Below are positions 29,869 through 39,516 of a stretch of DNA of 64,000 nt, one piece after another (the stretch's first letter is position 1; each line of letters opens with the position of its first letter). Where the stretch lies: positions 64,001 through 128,000 of the forward strand of contig JBMNJT010000002.1 of the NCBI GenBank assembly GCA_050951805.1. The letters run 5' to 3'. This stretch comes from Bacillota bacterium. GTDB lineage: Bacteria; Bacillota; DTU025. A program made the position numbers and the translations under genes. Below the pieces are notes generated by a model, which saw only the letters and a list, made by a program, of their open reading frames with translations, did not search any database and was not told the origin of the DNA.

Positions 29869-30510
29869 TTGGCTAAGGGATTGAAGGATCCGGTTAGCGG
29901 GCTGACTCATCTTGCAGGTGCGATCATGTCCGTTATAGGCCTTGTTGTACTGTTGCGAGCAGGTATTGCCAATGAAGATCTGTGGCAGATTGTGTCGTTT
30001 TCAATATTCGGCGCCAGCCTGATATTGCTTTACTCCGCCAGCGCTGCATATCATTTGCTCAATGTCCCGTCCAGTGTGGAACTTGTATTGCGCAAGCTCG
30101 ATCACATAATGATCTTCGTTCTCATAGCCGGCACATACACTCCGGTCTGTCTCGGTCCGCTGCGTGGCGCTACGGGCTATGTCATACTGACGATAATCTG
30201 GGCTTTGGCTATTGCCGGCGTGTTCTTCAAGGTATTTTATCTCAACGCTCCGAGGTGGTTGTATACCGGCATATACTTGGCAATGGGCTGGCTTATTATC
30301 TTTGCTACAGGCCCTTTGGTCCGTGCAGTAGGCCTTCACATTCTCAGTTGGCTCCTTATCGGGGGAGTCTTCTACTCCATCGGGGCAGTGATCTACGGGC
30401 TCAAGAAGCCGGATCCGTTCCCGGGCCGGTTCGGCTTTCATGAGATATTCCACATCTTCATCCTCCTCGGCAGCCTGAGCCATTTTCGTTTTATCCATTT
30501 GCTTGCGTAG
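29869..30510 (+). CDS. hemolysin III / PAQR family membrane protein
   Basis: KDPVSGLTH, SAAYH, RKLDHIMIFVLIAGTYTP, GFHEIFHIF. Confidence 0.92.
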   Translation: MAKGLKDPVSGLTHLAGAIMSVIGLVVLLRAGIANEDLWQIVSFSIFGASLILLYSASAAYHLLNVPSSVELVLRKLDHIMIFVLIAGTYTPVCLGPLRGATGYVILTIIWALAIAGVFFKVFYLNAPRWLYTGIYLAMGWLIIFATGPLVRAVGLHILSWLLIGGVFYSIGAVIYGLKKPDPFPGRFGFHEIFHIFILLGSLSHFRFIHLLA

Positions 30511-30652
30511 CGTATCTTTCTTGCTGCATTGGTCTTCTCTTTTTTTCTGAAGGCCAAGTTGCGGGTATTATGGCAATTAGGTTACAAGCTGTATTTCTGC
30601 TATGATTAGTTGAGATGAGTCTTTCCTCATTTACACATCGGGAGGTGGCCGT

Positions 30653-32035
30653 ATGAGGTTCGCTGATCTTATTGCCACAGCTGTGCGGCGGTGTCGCGCA
30701 AGGCTCCTGGAGTCGTTCCTCATTGTGCTGGGCATTGCTCTCGGAGTTGCAGTGGTGGCTGCTTTTTCAGGACTCATCGGCACAGTAGGAAAAGAGTACC
30801 GCCAGTTCAGTGATTCCATAGCATTCAGAGAGATCTGTATCGAGTCAACGTCAGGGCGAAGCGGTGGAAGCTACTCCACTGATAGGCCGGCGTTTGCCCT
30901 GTCGCGGACTGGCGAGGCGCCGTACGAACTATCCCTACATGATGTGGATCGCATCAAGTCTAGGGTTTCTCCTGACGTGTACGTCTACGCATATGAGGAC
31001 TTCTTTCAACATCTGCGGCCTGGGGACGATCTCTCGGTCGGTTCATCCCTGGACGATTCTATTCCGAAATCTTCAGAAAACCCGGAAAAGGGCCCTGTGC
31101 CGCGAAATGTTCGAGTGATTGCTGCCACGGAAGAGGTGTTTTCCGCCTACGGCGCCGAATTCCGGGAAGGCATAGGGTTCTCCCGCCCTGATGTAGGTTC
31201 CGGCGAAAGGTGCATGGTTCTCGGCAGCAGGCTGGCTGAGAGGTTCTTTGGAGATGCACCTGCTGTAGGGAAGAAGATGATATGGCAGAACGAATGGATG
31301 GATGGCCCCACAGGTGAACTTGAGCTTTCGCCTTCCGGGTATGTCTATACTGTGATCGGAGTTATGGAACGGATTGAGCCCCCGGTTTCAGCTGGGAAGG
31401 CAGGCGAATCTCCAGATGACATTGATTTCTCCATCGATGGAAGTGCCTATATTCCCATAACTTCAGCCCCTGGCATGGAGGGCCCCAATCCGAAAGTCCA
31501 CGAGATCCATGCTATATCAGCCTTATCCAAAGATGCTGCACGAGCTATGGATGAGGTGAGGCAGGCGATAGAGACGGAATACGATGGGCGTCTTGATGCG
31601 AGCTCGGGGATGGAATACATGAAAGAGAGTATGCGCGAGCTGCGAAGCTTTGCCACTGGCATTCTGGTTTTGGCTTCGGCGGGATTGGTCATAGCATCGA
31701 TCAACATTCTCAACCTAATGCTTGCACGGGTTTTGCGGCGTACTCGGGAGATCGGTATTTCGGCTGCCCTGGGCGCAGGCCGGCGTGAGATATTCCGAGA
31801 GAGTCTGGCGGAGTCGCTGGTGCTTGGGATATCAGGAGGCGTAATAGGCCTTCCGCTCTCTTACGGCCTGGTAAAGCTGATGTCCCGCATTATGGAGGGG
31901 CTCGATGTGTCCGTCGGCCTTACAGGGGTTTTAGCCGGGGCTTTGTCCTGCATCGTAGTAAGCGTGATTTTCGGACTCTATCCAGCCTACCTCGCTGCCT
32001 GTATAATCCCGGCGGACGCCCTGAGGGGGGATTAG
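30653..32035 (+). CDS. ABC transporter permease, MacB/FtsX family
   Basis: LGIALGVAVV; large extracytoplasmic domain; INILNLMLARVLRRTREIGI; FGLYPA. Confidence 0.9.
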   Translation: MRFADLIATAVRRCRARLLESFLIVLGIALGVAVVAAFSGLIGTVGKEYRQFSDSIAFREICIESTSGRSGGSYSTDRPAFALSRTGEAPYELSLHDVDRIKSRVSPDVYVYAYEDFFQHLRPGDDLSVGSSLDDSIPKSSENPEKGPVPRNVRVIAATEEVFSAYGAEFREGIGFSRPDVGSGERCMVLGSRLAERFFGDAPAVGKKMIWQNEWMDGPTGELELSPSGYVYTVIGVMERIEPPVSAGKAGESPDDIDFSIDGSAYIPITSAPGMEGPNPKVHEIHAISALSKDAARAMDEVRQAIETEYDGRLDASSGMEYMKESMRELRSFATGILVLASAGLVIASINILNLMLARVLRRTREIGISAALGAGRREIFRESLAESLVLGISGGVIGLPLSYGLVKLMSRIMEGLDVSVGLTGVLAGALSCIVVSVIFGLYPAYLAACIIPADALRGD

Positions 32036-32039
32036 GCCG

Positions 32040-33491
32040 ATGACTTCGCATCTGTTCAAATCCGCGTGGATCAATATGAGTCGACGCCCAATGCAGTCTA
32101 TTCTGACGATCATTCAAGTGGCTCTTGCAGTAGCCTGCATGGTTTCGGTGGCAAGCTACAGGATGAATGTGTCGACAGCGGTCGACCGTTTCAAGTCTTG
32201 TACTGATGACATAGTGATTGCCATGGGCGGGATGGAAAAGCGCACTGAGGGCGGGTATATGAGAAACATGTACAATATTTTCGATGACGACGACATTGCC
32301 CAACTCAATGCTGAAGTTTCCCTCGTGGAGTCTGTAACTGTTTACGAGGATATGTGGGACATTGAGGCTGATGTGGATGGAACGTTGTATCGAATTGGCT
32401 TAGGTGCGTTAGTCGGGCCTGGCTATCAAGACGTGGTCGGCTTCGACATGATCGAAGGCAACTTCATAACCGATGTGGATATGAAGGCGCAGTCCCGCGT
32501 GGTCGTTATCTCGGAAGCCCTCGCGAAGATTCTGTTTGGGGAGGGCCCCTACGTAGGCAGAACGCTTGGCATTATGCCAGTCTGGGCGCGACGGAATTTT
32601 GCTAATGAAGACGGGGCCATGCCCGTGGCACCCACTGAATACCATGTTATAGGCGTATACAGCAATTCTAAGACGTCTACGTCAGCGATGTCGAGCTATA
32701 GTGGCATGCATCCAGCCATCCTCTGTCCGCTCACGTCCGATCCCAATCAGATTTACAGTTCAGGCCAGGGCTGGTTATGCATGGACGAAGAGTATTATCC
32801 ATACGGCACATTGATGATCAAGGCCGCCCCCGGCAAAGCTGCAGCAGTTCGTGACCGTATCGTTGCCATGGTGTCAGGCCGTCCGAGTCCCGATTCATTG
32901 AGCGGAAGTAGTGGGAGTATGGTGGTCATGGGAGGCGGAAGCGCTGAATTTGACGGGCCAGGGTCAGATGGCGAAGGCTCCGATTGGTATTCGCCCCCTG
33001 ATGAAGAGAGCGGCGCGTCGGTGATATTCGAGAGAACTGATGACTTGGAGCAGATGATAGGCTCATCTATGACTAGGATGACGTTGTTGCTCGGCGGCGC
33101 TACGCTTATTGCGATAATCGTGAGCGCTCTGGGCATTCAGAGTGCTATGATGGTAAATGTGACTGAACGCACCCGCGAGATCGGCTTAAGGCGCGTTCTT
33201 GGCGCCTCCCGCCGCGTTGTGGTGGTCCAGTTCACCGTTGACGCCATGATACTCGCGGCAGTAGGAGGCGGATTCGGAGGGCTTCTGTCATTTGCCCTGT
33301 ATCCATACCTAATGAATTCTGTCTTTTCCAGTATGGGCCCGGGATGGCTTTTGGACGTGAGTGCGAGGCCTGTGGGATGGGCCATATTAGCCGGGATTGT
33401 TCTTTCCGCCGCAGTGGGTGCCCTCTTTGGGGCGATACCTGCGGCACAGGCTGCCCGTGTTCAGCCTGCAGATATAGTGAGAGAGCTTTGA
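32040..33491 (+). CDS. ABC transporter permease, MacB/FtsX family
   Basis: RRPMQSILT; MMVNVTERTREIGLRRVLGA; FGAIPAAQAA. Confidence 0.9.
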   Translation: MTSHLFKSAWINMSRRPMQSILTIIQVALAVACMVSVASYRMNVSTAVDRFKSCTDDIVIAMGGMEKRTEGGYMRNMYNIFDDDDIAQLNAEVSLVESVTVYEDMWDIEADVDGTLYRIGLGALVGPGYQDVVGFDMIEGNFITDVDMKAQSRVVVISEALAKILFGEGPYVGRTLGIMPVWARRNFANEDGAMPVAPTEYHVIGVYSNSKTSTSAMSSYSGMHPAILCPLTSDPNQIYSSGQGWLCMDEEYYPYGTLMIKAAPGKAAAVRDRIVAMVSGRPSPDSLSGSSGSMVVMGGGSAEFDGPGSDGEGSDWYSPPDEESGASVIFERTDDLEQMIGSSMTRMTLLLGGATLIAIIVSALGIQSAMMVNVTERTREIGLRRVLGASRRVVVVQFTVDAMILAAVGGGFGGLLSFALYPYLMNSVFSSMGPGWLLDVSARPVGWAILAGIVLSAAVGALFGAIPAAQAARVQPADIVREL

Positions 33492-33508
33492 TTCGGGGAG
33501 GTATTCTT

Positions 33509-34834
33509 ATGGCTGCAGGTACGCCGGAAACCGAAAGAGAGTATGAGCCCATAGTCACCAGTCCGGCGCGGACTTCATCGAGCAAGACCCGCCGCGACAT
33601 GGGCATGCTCATATTCATCATAGCCGTGTTGGTTGGCGCGGTTGCCCTGGCTGCACGGTTTCTCATACCCAAAGAAAAACCCTACCTCCTCTCGAACTAC
33701 ACATTTGCCCATGTCAGCACGGCTGATTTCACTGACTCTGTGAGCGCCCCCGGAACCGTAGCGCCGGCTACCACAGTGGACGTGCGTGCTGACGTTTCTG
33801 GGGTGGTTGCCAAGCTCAGCGCCGCTTTAGGTGATGAGGTGAATGTGGGCGACCCCATATGCGTTCTTCAGTCGCCAGAGCTTGTTACAAGACGTGACGA
33901 GGCAGTGCGCCAGGTGGTTGCTGCTGAGGATGCACTCGCCAAGGCAAAGCTCGATGCTGCTCAATCGGAGGAACGGGTGAGGAGAGAGATCGTCGTAGCC
34001 GAGCAGGCGGTTTCAGATGCACTTAATCGACGTGAAGATATGGAGAAGCTGTTCGAGGCGGGCGCTGTGTCCCGAGTCCAGGTGGACGAGGCGCGGGCCG
34101 CGGAAAGCAAAGCGCGTATGGCGCTGGATAACGCGCGGTTGGATCACGATGCCACTATTAGGTCGAACGCCCTCTCGATCGACACGGCCACAAGGCAGGT
34201 TGGCGTGGCACGGAATGCTTTGCGCGCTGCCGAGGATTGTATTTCACAGCTCACAGTCTGCTCGCCTATTAAAGGCAAGGTGTTGGAACTGAGTGTCGTT
34301 TTAGGCGCAACAGCGAGCCAAGGGGGAGTGGTCGCCCAGGTGGCGGATATGGAGAGCATAGTGGTAAAGGCCAAAGTTGCCTCCACAGATGTCCGCCGGG
34401 TGACGGTAGGGCAGCCTGCTTCGATAAACCTGGGAGGCAGAAAGGTGGCTGGAGTAGTTCGCCATGTGGCGCCCAAGGCCGAAGCGAGCGGACAGGGAGC
34501 GACTGTTGAAGTGACAATCGATTTTGATGAACGGCCGGGCGACGTGCCCCCAAACAGTGCTGCATTCGTCGATATAGAGGTGCAGAGACGTACAGATGTG
34601 CCGTCCTTGCCCCGCGGCGCTTACCTGGCCAGCAGCAGAGAACTGTTCGTATACGTAATCGAAGGTTCCAAAGCGGTCCAACGGGACGTGAGATTCGGTT
34701 CAATCTTCGGCAACCGAATCGAAGTAGTAGACGGGCTGTCGGTGGGCGAGAGCGTGATCACCTCATCCTATGAGGAGTTCAAGGATAGGCGGGAGATAAA
34801 AGTTGCGCCTGAGGGAGGACGGGAAAGCCAATGA
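33509..34834 (+). CDS. efflux periplasmic adaptor subunit (MacA/HlyD-like)
   Basis: N-terminal TM; lipoyl-like VRADVSGVV..GDEV; long coiled coil; SPIKGKV; GLSVGESV. Confidence 0.9.
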   Translation: MAAGTPETEREYEPIVTSPARTSSSKTRRDMGMLIFIIAVLVGAVALAARFLIPKEKPYLLSNYTFAHVSTADFTDSVSAPGTVAPATTVDVRADVSGVVAKLSAALGDEVNVGDPICVLQSPELVTRRDEAVRQVVAAEDALAKAKLDAAQSEERVRREIVVAEQAVSDALNRREDMEKLFEAGAVSRVQVDEARAAESKARMALDNARLDHDATIRSNALSIDTATRQVGVARNALRAAEDCISQLTVCSPIKGKVLELSVVLGATASQGGVVAQVADMESIVVKAKVASTDVRRVTVGQPASINLGGRKVAGVVRHVAPKAEASGQGATVEVTIDFDERPGDVPPNSAAFVDIEVQRRTDVPSLPRGAYLASSRELFVYVIEGSKAVQRDVRFGSIFGNRIEVVDGLSVGESVITSSYEEFKDRREIKVAPEGGRESQ

Positions 34835-35541
34835 ACGAGGATAGACAGGCTCAGGCTTTCATACAGCTTGAGGACGTGTGCAAAGTATACGCGATGGGGG
34901 ATGTCAGCGTTGCGGCGCTGGGAGGAATTTCACTCGAAATCCCCCGTGGGGAGTATGTAGCGATAATGGGACCGTCCGGTTCGGGGAAGTCCACTCTGCT
35001 CAACATCATGGGCGGTTTGGACGTGGCAACATCAGGCAAATACCTGCTAGAGGGCGTCGAGGTAACGCGTCTGCCCGATGCTGAGCTTGCCAGGATCAGG
35101 TGCCGTCACTTCGGATTCATCTTTCAAAGTTACAACCTCTTTCCCGAACTCACAGCAATCGAAAATGTGATAGTCCCCATGATGTACGCAGGCGTTGCGC
35201 CGGCTAATCGGACGCAACGGGCTGCAGAGCTCCTTGATTCGCTGGGGATGGGCCACCGGCTTCGCCATCTCCCAAGTCAGCTTTCAGGCGGAGAACAGCA
35301 GCGCGTTGCGATTGCAAGGGCGCTTGCCAACGACCCCGACGTGATATTCGCCGACGAGCCTACTGGAAACCTGGCCACAGCGCAGGGCGAGGAGATATTG
35401 GATATTCTTGAAGGGCTCAACAAAAGAGGGGTTACCATAGTGATAGTGACTCACAGCGAGAACGTTGCCGACCGCGCAGAACGACTCATAACCATGCGCG
35501 ATGGGCGAGTATATTCAGACCAGACGGCGGCTCGGGTGTAG
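34831..35541 (+). CDS. ABC transporter ATP-binding protein (MacB/LolD-like)
   Basis: [35 protein letters not shown]. Confidence 0.95.
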   Translation: MNEDRQAQAFIQLEDVCKVYAMGDVSVAALGGISLEIPRGEYVAIMGPSGSGKSTLLNIMGGLDVATSGKYLLEGVEVTRLPDAELARIRCRHFGFIFQSYNLFPELTAIENVIVPMMYAGVAPANRTQRAAELLDSLGMGHRLRHLPSQLSGGEQQRVAIARALANDPDVIFADEPTGNLATAQGEEILDILEGLNKRGVTIVIVTHSENVADRAERLITMRDGRVYSDQTAARV

Positions 35542-35889
35542 GTCGGGCGCAGCAAGCCTTGCCTGACTGACAACCTCTCATCATTTGACCCGCAACTCAA
35601 AACAGAGCTCAAATCCGTCTGCGTAACGTCGTCTCTTTAGTCGGCCGGACTGCCAGTCTCTCCTGAGATCCGCAAATGGCGCCCATTCTGCCAGCGGCCA
35701 TACATATTCTCCCCGAAAAGAGGATTGCAGATATCCAACGGTTGCTTTTGTCACAATGAGAGTCCCACAGCAAGTGTGGATAAGCCACTGCGCGATTCTC
35801 TTTAGTTCAGATCTTGGCCGCCTGCTCAGATCAAGATGCTCTTCGCAAGTTGCGCAGAAGCACAAGATGGGGGGAGGGACTTTTTCCTA

Positions 35890-35918
35890 TTGCATAATCT
35901 CCCCTGAGGTGCTATCAT
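35890..35918 (+). promoter_or_regulatory. sigma-A promoter of the his operon
   Basis: TTGCAT(35890)-17 bp-TATCAT(35913) with TG extension. Confidence 0.7.
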
Positions 35919-35945
35919 CTAACGTAATATACAAATACACACGTT

Positions 35946-36269
35946 AAAGCGATGATCGGGAAGAGTAGGCGCGGACCTTTCGGGCAGCGAGCCGGGGACG
36001 GTGCGAGCCCGGTCCGAAAGAGCGACTGAACCACACCCGGGAGTGCGGGCTGAACGCGGGCGCGAAAGCGTTCTGCTATTAGGTTCCGACGGAGTCTTTC
36101 ACCGTTACAGGAAAGGGGATATAAGGCAGCACTGCTTCTGTCGCCTGTTGCGCCGCTGTCCGTATCCTTGATGAGTGGGTTCGAGGCGCCAGCTTCGGGC
36201 TAATTAGGGTGGGACCACGGGAAGATCATGCTTCTCGTCCCTTTGCGGGACGGGGAGCATTTTTTCTTT
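35946..36269 (+). ncRNA. T-box riboswitch, histidine-specific
   Basis: AGTA and AGCGAG/GGTGCGA stem I motifs; specifier CAC (36032-36034); T-box AATTAGGGTGGGACCACG with UGGG matching the tRNA-His C73 discriminator; terminator at about 36228-36269. Confidence 0.93.
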
Positions 36270-36350
36270 AGTGCGCACTGTGTCCGCCCAGTCCAACTTG
36301 TCTTCGCAATGATATCGTCGACAAAACAGCAGACAGGAGCGTGATCGATT

Positions 36351-37430
36351 GTGGACAGCTTTCCGACTTGGGGAAGATACTATCTCCCCGCTGATGCCCT
36401 CATCAGACGACATATTGAGAGCAGTCTGGCGTGGACGTTCGAAGCCCGGGGCTACGAAGAGATAGTCCCGCCGCTGCTGGTGGGGTTGGATATGGCTGTA
36501 CTCGACTCGAGTGGTTCGACCTTTACCAATGGCCTGGCTGGGGCAGAGAAGCCATACGCAGTCCTTGCAAGGGATGGCAGCTTCTTTGCCCTGCGGTCTG
36601 ACATGACTGTCCCTGTTGCAGCTCTGGCAGTGCGCCACCTCTTGCCATCGGAAAGTCCTGTCCGCCTCTATTACTCAGGCAGCGTCTTTCGCCCCCAGAA
36701 GGCGGGAAATGGAAAACCGGAGGAGCGGCGCCAGTTTGGCGCTGAGCTGATCGGGACAGACGCTGCAGACAGCGTCAAAGCCGATTGTGAGATTCTTGCC
36801 ATGGCTGCCGAAGGGCTAATCAACACAGGAGTGCGGGACTTTTGCATCGGCCTGAGCGACGCTAAGCTCTTCTTGGCCATGCTCGATGCAGCACGGGTCG
36901 AGGATGATGCGAAAGATGCCATCTGGTCAGCGCTGGCATCACGAGACTATGTCCGCTATGGCGAGCTCGTATCGTCCCTCGATGACGGCGGCGATCCTCA
37001 GAAAGCCCTCGGAATCGATCTTCTCAAGCGCTTGCTTGCCCTAGAGTCAACAGAGGAGTCGCTCGATGCGCTCAGGAGGGCAGGGGTCTGCGATGCAGCT
37101 TCCGAGCTTATCAGGATACTTGATGTCTTGGAAGAGAGGGGTTTGGGCAAGTGCTTTCGTCTCGACCTGTCCATAGTCCGGGAATTTCGGTACTACACCG
37201 GAGTCGTGTTCGAGGGATATGCCGTTGGGTGCGCAAATGCCGTGATCGGCGGTGGACGGTACGACAAACTGCTGGCGCGATTTGGGTCGTCTGCGCCCGC
37301 AGCGGGTTTGGCTGTGGATGTGGACGCCGTGGTGTCGGCTTTGCAAGCAGTAGAAGGAGGTGAGCGTCGATGGAACAGGTATCTGTGGCCCAACGCACGC
37401 CCGTGCGCGAAAGTGAGGTCGCGTCACTAA
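36351..37430 (+). CDS. hisZ: ATP phosphoribosyltransferase regulatory subunit
   Basis: ALRSDMTVPVA, RLYYSGSVFR, QFGAELIG, YYTGVVFEGY, GGGRYDKL. Confidence 0.92.
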   Translation: MDSFPTWGRYYLPADALIRRHIESSLAWTFEARGYEEIVPPLLVGLDMAVLDSSGSTFTNGLAGAEKPYAVLARDGSFFALRSDMTVPVAALAVRHLLPSESPVRLYYSGSVFRPQKAGNGKPEERRQFGAELIGTDAADSVKADCEILAMAAEGLINTGVRDFCIGLSDAKLFLAMLDAARVEDDAKDAIWSALASRDYVRYGELVSSLDDGGDPQKALGIDLLKRLLALESTEESLDALRRAGVCDAASELIRILDVLEERGLGKCFRLDLSIVREFRYYTGVVFEGYAVGCANAVIGGGRYDKLLARFGSSAPAAGLAVDVDAVVSALQAVEGGERRWNRYLWPNARPCAKVRSRH

Positions 37431-38119
37431 ATCTAGGGAACTGTCTCAGCATCGCGCTTCCCAAAGGTCGATTGCTCCAGCCATCGCTGGATGCCCTGGC
37501 GGAAGCGGGACTTCAAGTTCCAAGCATGGATGAGATAGACAGAAGACTCATCTACACGACGGGTGACGGCAGTATGCGGTTCATTCTTGCCCGCCCTGCG
37601 GATGTGCCAGCATATGTCGAACATGGCGCTGCCGACCTAGGGATAACCGGAAAGGATGCGTTGCTCGAAGGCGATTGGGGCGTTTGCGAACTCGTCGACT
37701 TAGGTTTTGGGAGATGCCGCTTGGTTGTTGCAGCGCTTCAGGGGGCGATTGCCCCAGATGGCTGCGGCTCTGAGGGGGCCGTCTGCAAGCTGCCTTTGCC
37801 GCGTAGTGGCCACACTCTACGGGTAGCCACCAAGTTTCCGGCCATTGCCAGACGCCACTTTGCGCTGAAACGGGATCTATGCGTCGAGATCATCAAGCTC
37901 AATGGGGCTGTGGAGATTGCTCCTATTGCGGGGCTTTCCGACGTAATCGTGGACATAGTGGACACCGGCCGTACATTGGCCGACAACGGGCTTGTGCCAA
38001 TAGAGGAGGTAGCGCAGTTATCAGCGAGGCTCATTGCGAATCGCGCGAGCCTCAAGCTGAAATCTACAGTCATCCATCAGATTGCGTCGGCGCTTTGTGA
38101 TCGAAGCCGCAGCATCTGA
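37370..38119 (+). CDS. hisG: ATP phosphoribosyltransferase, short form
   Basis: IALPKGRL, DVPAYVEHGAADLGITGKD, RVATKFP, GAVEIAP, DIVDTGRTL. Confidence 0.95.
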   Translation: MEQVSVAQRTPVRESEVASLNLGNCLSIALPKGRLLQPSLDALAEAGLQVPSMDEIDRRLIYTTGDGSMRFILARPADVPAYVEHGAADLGITGKDALLEGDWGVCELVDLGFGRCRLVVAALQGAIAPDGCGSEGAVCKLPLPRSGHTLRVATKFPAIARRHFALKRDLCVEIIKLNGAVEIAPIAGLSDVIVDIVDTGRTLADNGLVPIEEVAQLSARLIANRASLKLKSTVIHQIASALCDRSRSI

Positions 38120-38217
38120 CGGACTTAGGCATCGAGCAGACAGATGGATTGCTGTAAAGCTGAGGCGAGGTTTATGGCCATTAAAACATGCCAATGCCAG
38201 GAGGTGTTGAGGCGAAG

Positions 38218-39516
38218 ATGAATACGCCAATCGGGATAAAGACTATTGCAGCTTGCGACTACTTGCAGCAACGAATCCGTCGAGGGCCTGAGGACTTCGA
38301 AGAGGTTGAGCAGAAGGTTCGCCCCATCATTGAAGACGTCCGAAGACGCGGTGACCAGGCTGTGCTCGACTACACCGCGCAGTTCGACGGTGCAGATTTT
38401 GTGCCAGAAAGCATTGAGACCACGAGCGCCGACATTGATCACGCCTACTCTGTGGTGGATCAGGGCGTTGTAGAGGCTCTCCGGAAGGCGGCCGACAATA
38501 TTCGGTGCTTCCACGAGCGGCAGGTACAGCAGACTTGGGCGTGCATTCTGGATGATGGAGCCATCATGGGGCAGGCAATCCGACCAATAGAACGGGTTGG
38601 CATCTACGCGCCTGGCGGCGCCGCGGCCTACCCGTCCTCTGTGCTCATGTGCGCGGTACCTGCCCGGATAGCCGGGGTGCAGAGCGTGATTGTCTGCACT
38701 CCACCTGGTCCCGGTGGCGTTGCCAACCCCTATGTGCTCGTGGCGGCCGACATCGTTGGCGTCGACAAGGTGTTCAAGGTTGGGGGATGTCAGGCCATCG
38801 CGGCGATGGCTTTTGGCACCGAGTCCGTCTGTGCAGTAGACAAAATCGTGGGACCGGGCAATGCTTATGTGACTGCAGCCAAAAGGTTGGTCTTTGGCTA
38901 TGTGGACATCGATATGCTCGCCGGACCGAGCGAACTTGTCGTGCTAGCAGACATGTCCGCCGACCCGCGCTTCGTGGCGGCGGACATGCTTTCTCAGGCT
39001 GAGCACGGTCCTGACTCGGAAGCCATATTGGTGACAACCAGATGCGAGGTTGCCGCGAGTGTTGTCCGCGAAATAGCCGTTCAGGTTGAGTCCCTGTCTC
39101 GTCGCGATACGATTATACGTTCTTTAAGCGAACACGGCCTTATCATAATCGCCGACGATCTCGACCAGGCTGTAGACGTGGTAAACCGCTATGCCCCTGA
39201 ACACCTTGAAGTGATGGTGGACGATCCCCATGCCCTTCTCAGTCGGCTGCGCAACGCCGGCAGCATACTGCTAGGTCCGCTCACGCCGGTGGCGGCCACC
39301 GACTACGCCGCCGGACCGAACCATGTATTGCCCACAGGTGGCACAGCTCGCAGTGGATCGCCTCTTTCAGTTCGGGATTTTGTGAAGATACAGAACATCA
39401 CATCGCTTACGCGGGTTGCACTAGACGATATGATGGATGCCGCCGAGACCATCGCAGCAGTCGAAGGGCTGGATGCTCACGCAGCTGCCCTTGGGGCAAG
39501 GAGGGTAGGATTATGA
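38218..39516 (+). CDS. hisD: histidinol dehydrogenase
   Basis: GIYAPGG, DKIVGPGNAYV, DMLAGPSE, SQAEH, APEHLE, GPNHVLPT. Confidence 0.96.
   Translation: MNTPIGIKTIAACDYLQQRIRRGPEDFEEVEQKVRPIIEDVRRRGDQAVLDYTAQFDGADFVPESIETTSADIDHAYSVVDQGVVEALRKAADNIRCFHERQVQQTWACILDDGAIMGQAIRPIERVGIYAPGGAAAYPSSVLMCAVPARIAGVQSVIVCTPPGPGGVANPYVLVAADIVGVDKVFKVGGCQAIAAMAFGTESVCAVDKIVGPGNAYVTAAKRLVFGYVDIDMLAGPSELVVLADMSADPRFVAADMLSQAEHGPDSEAILVTTRCEVAASVVREIAVQVESLSRRDTIIRSLSEHGLIIIADDLDQAVDVVNRYAPEHLEVMVDDPHALLSRLRNAGSILLGPLTPVAATDYAAGPNHVLPTGGTARSGSPLSVRDFVKIQNITSLTRVALDDMMDAAETIAAVEGLDAHAAALGARRVGL

Noticed and set aside
35581-35865. 94-aa minus-strand ORF
   Set aside because: Weak TTG start with no RBS or recognisable motif; may be a remnant but cannot be supported.
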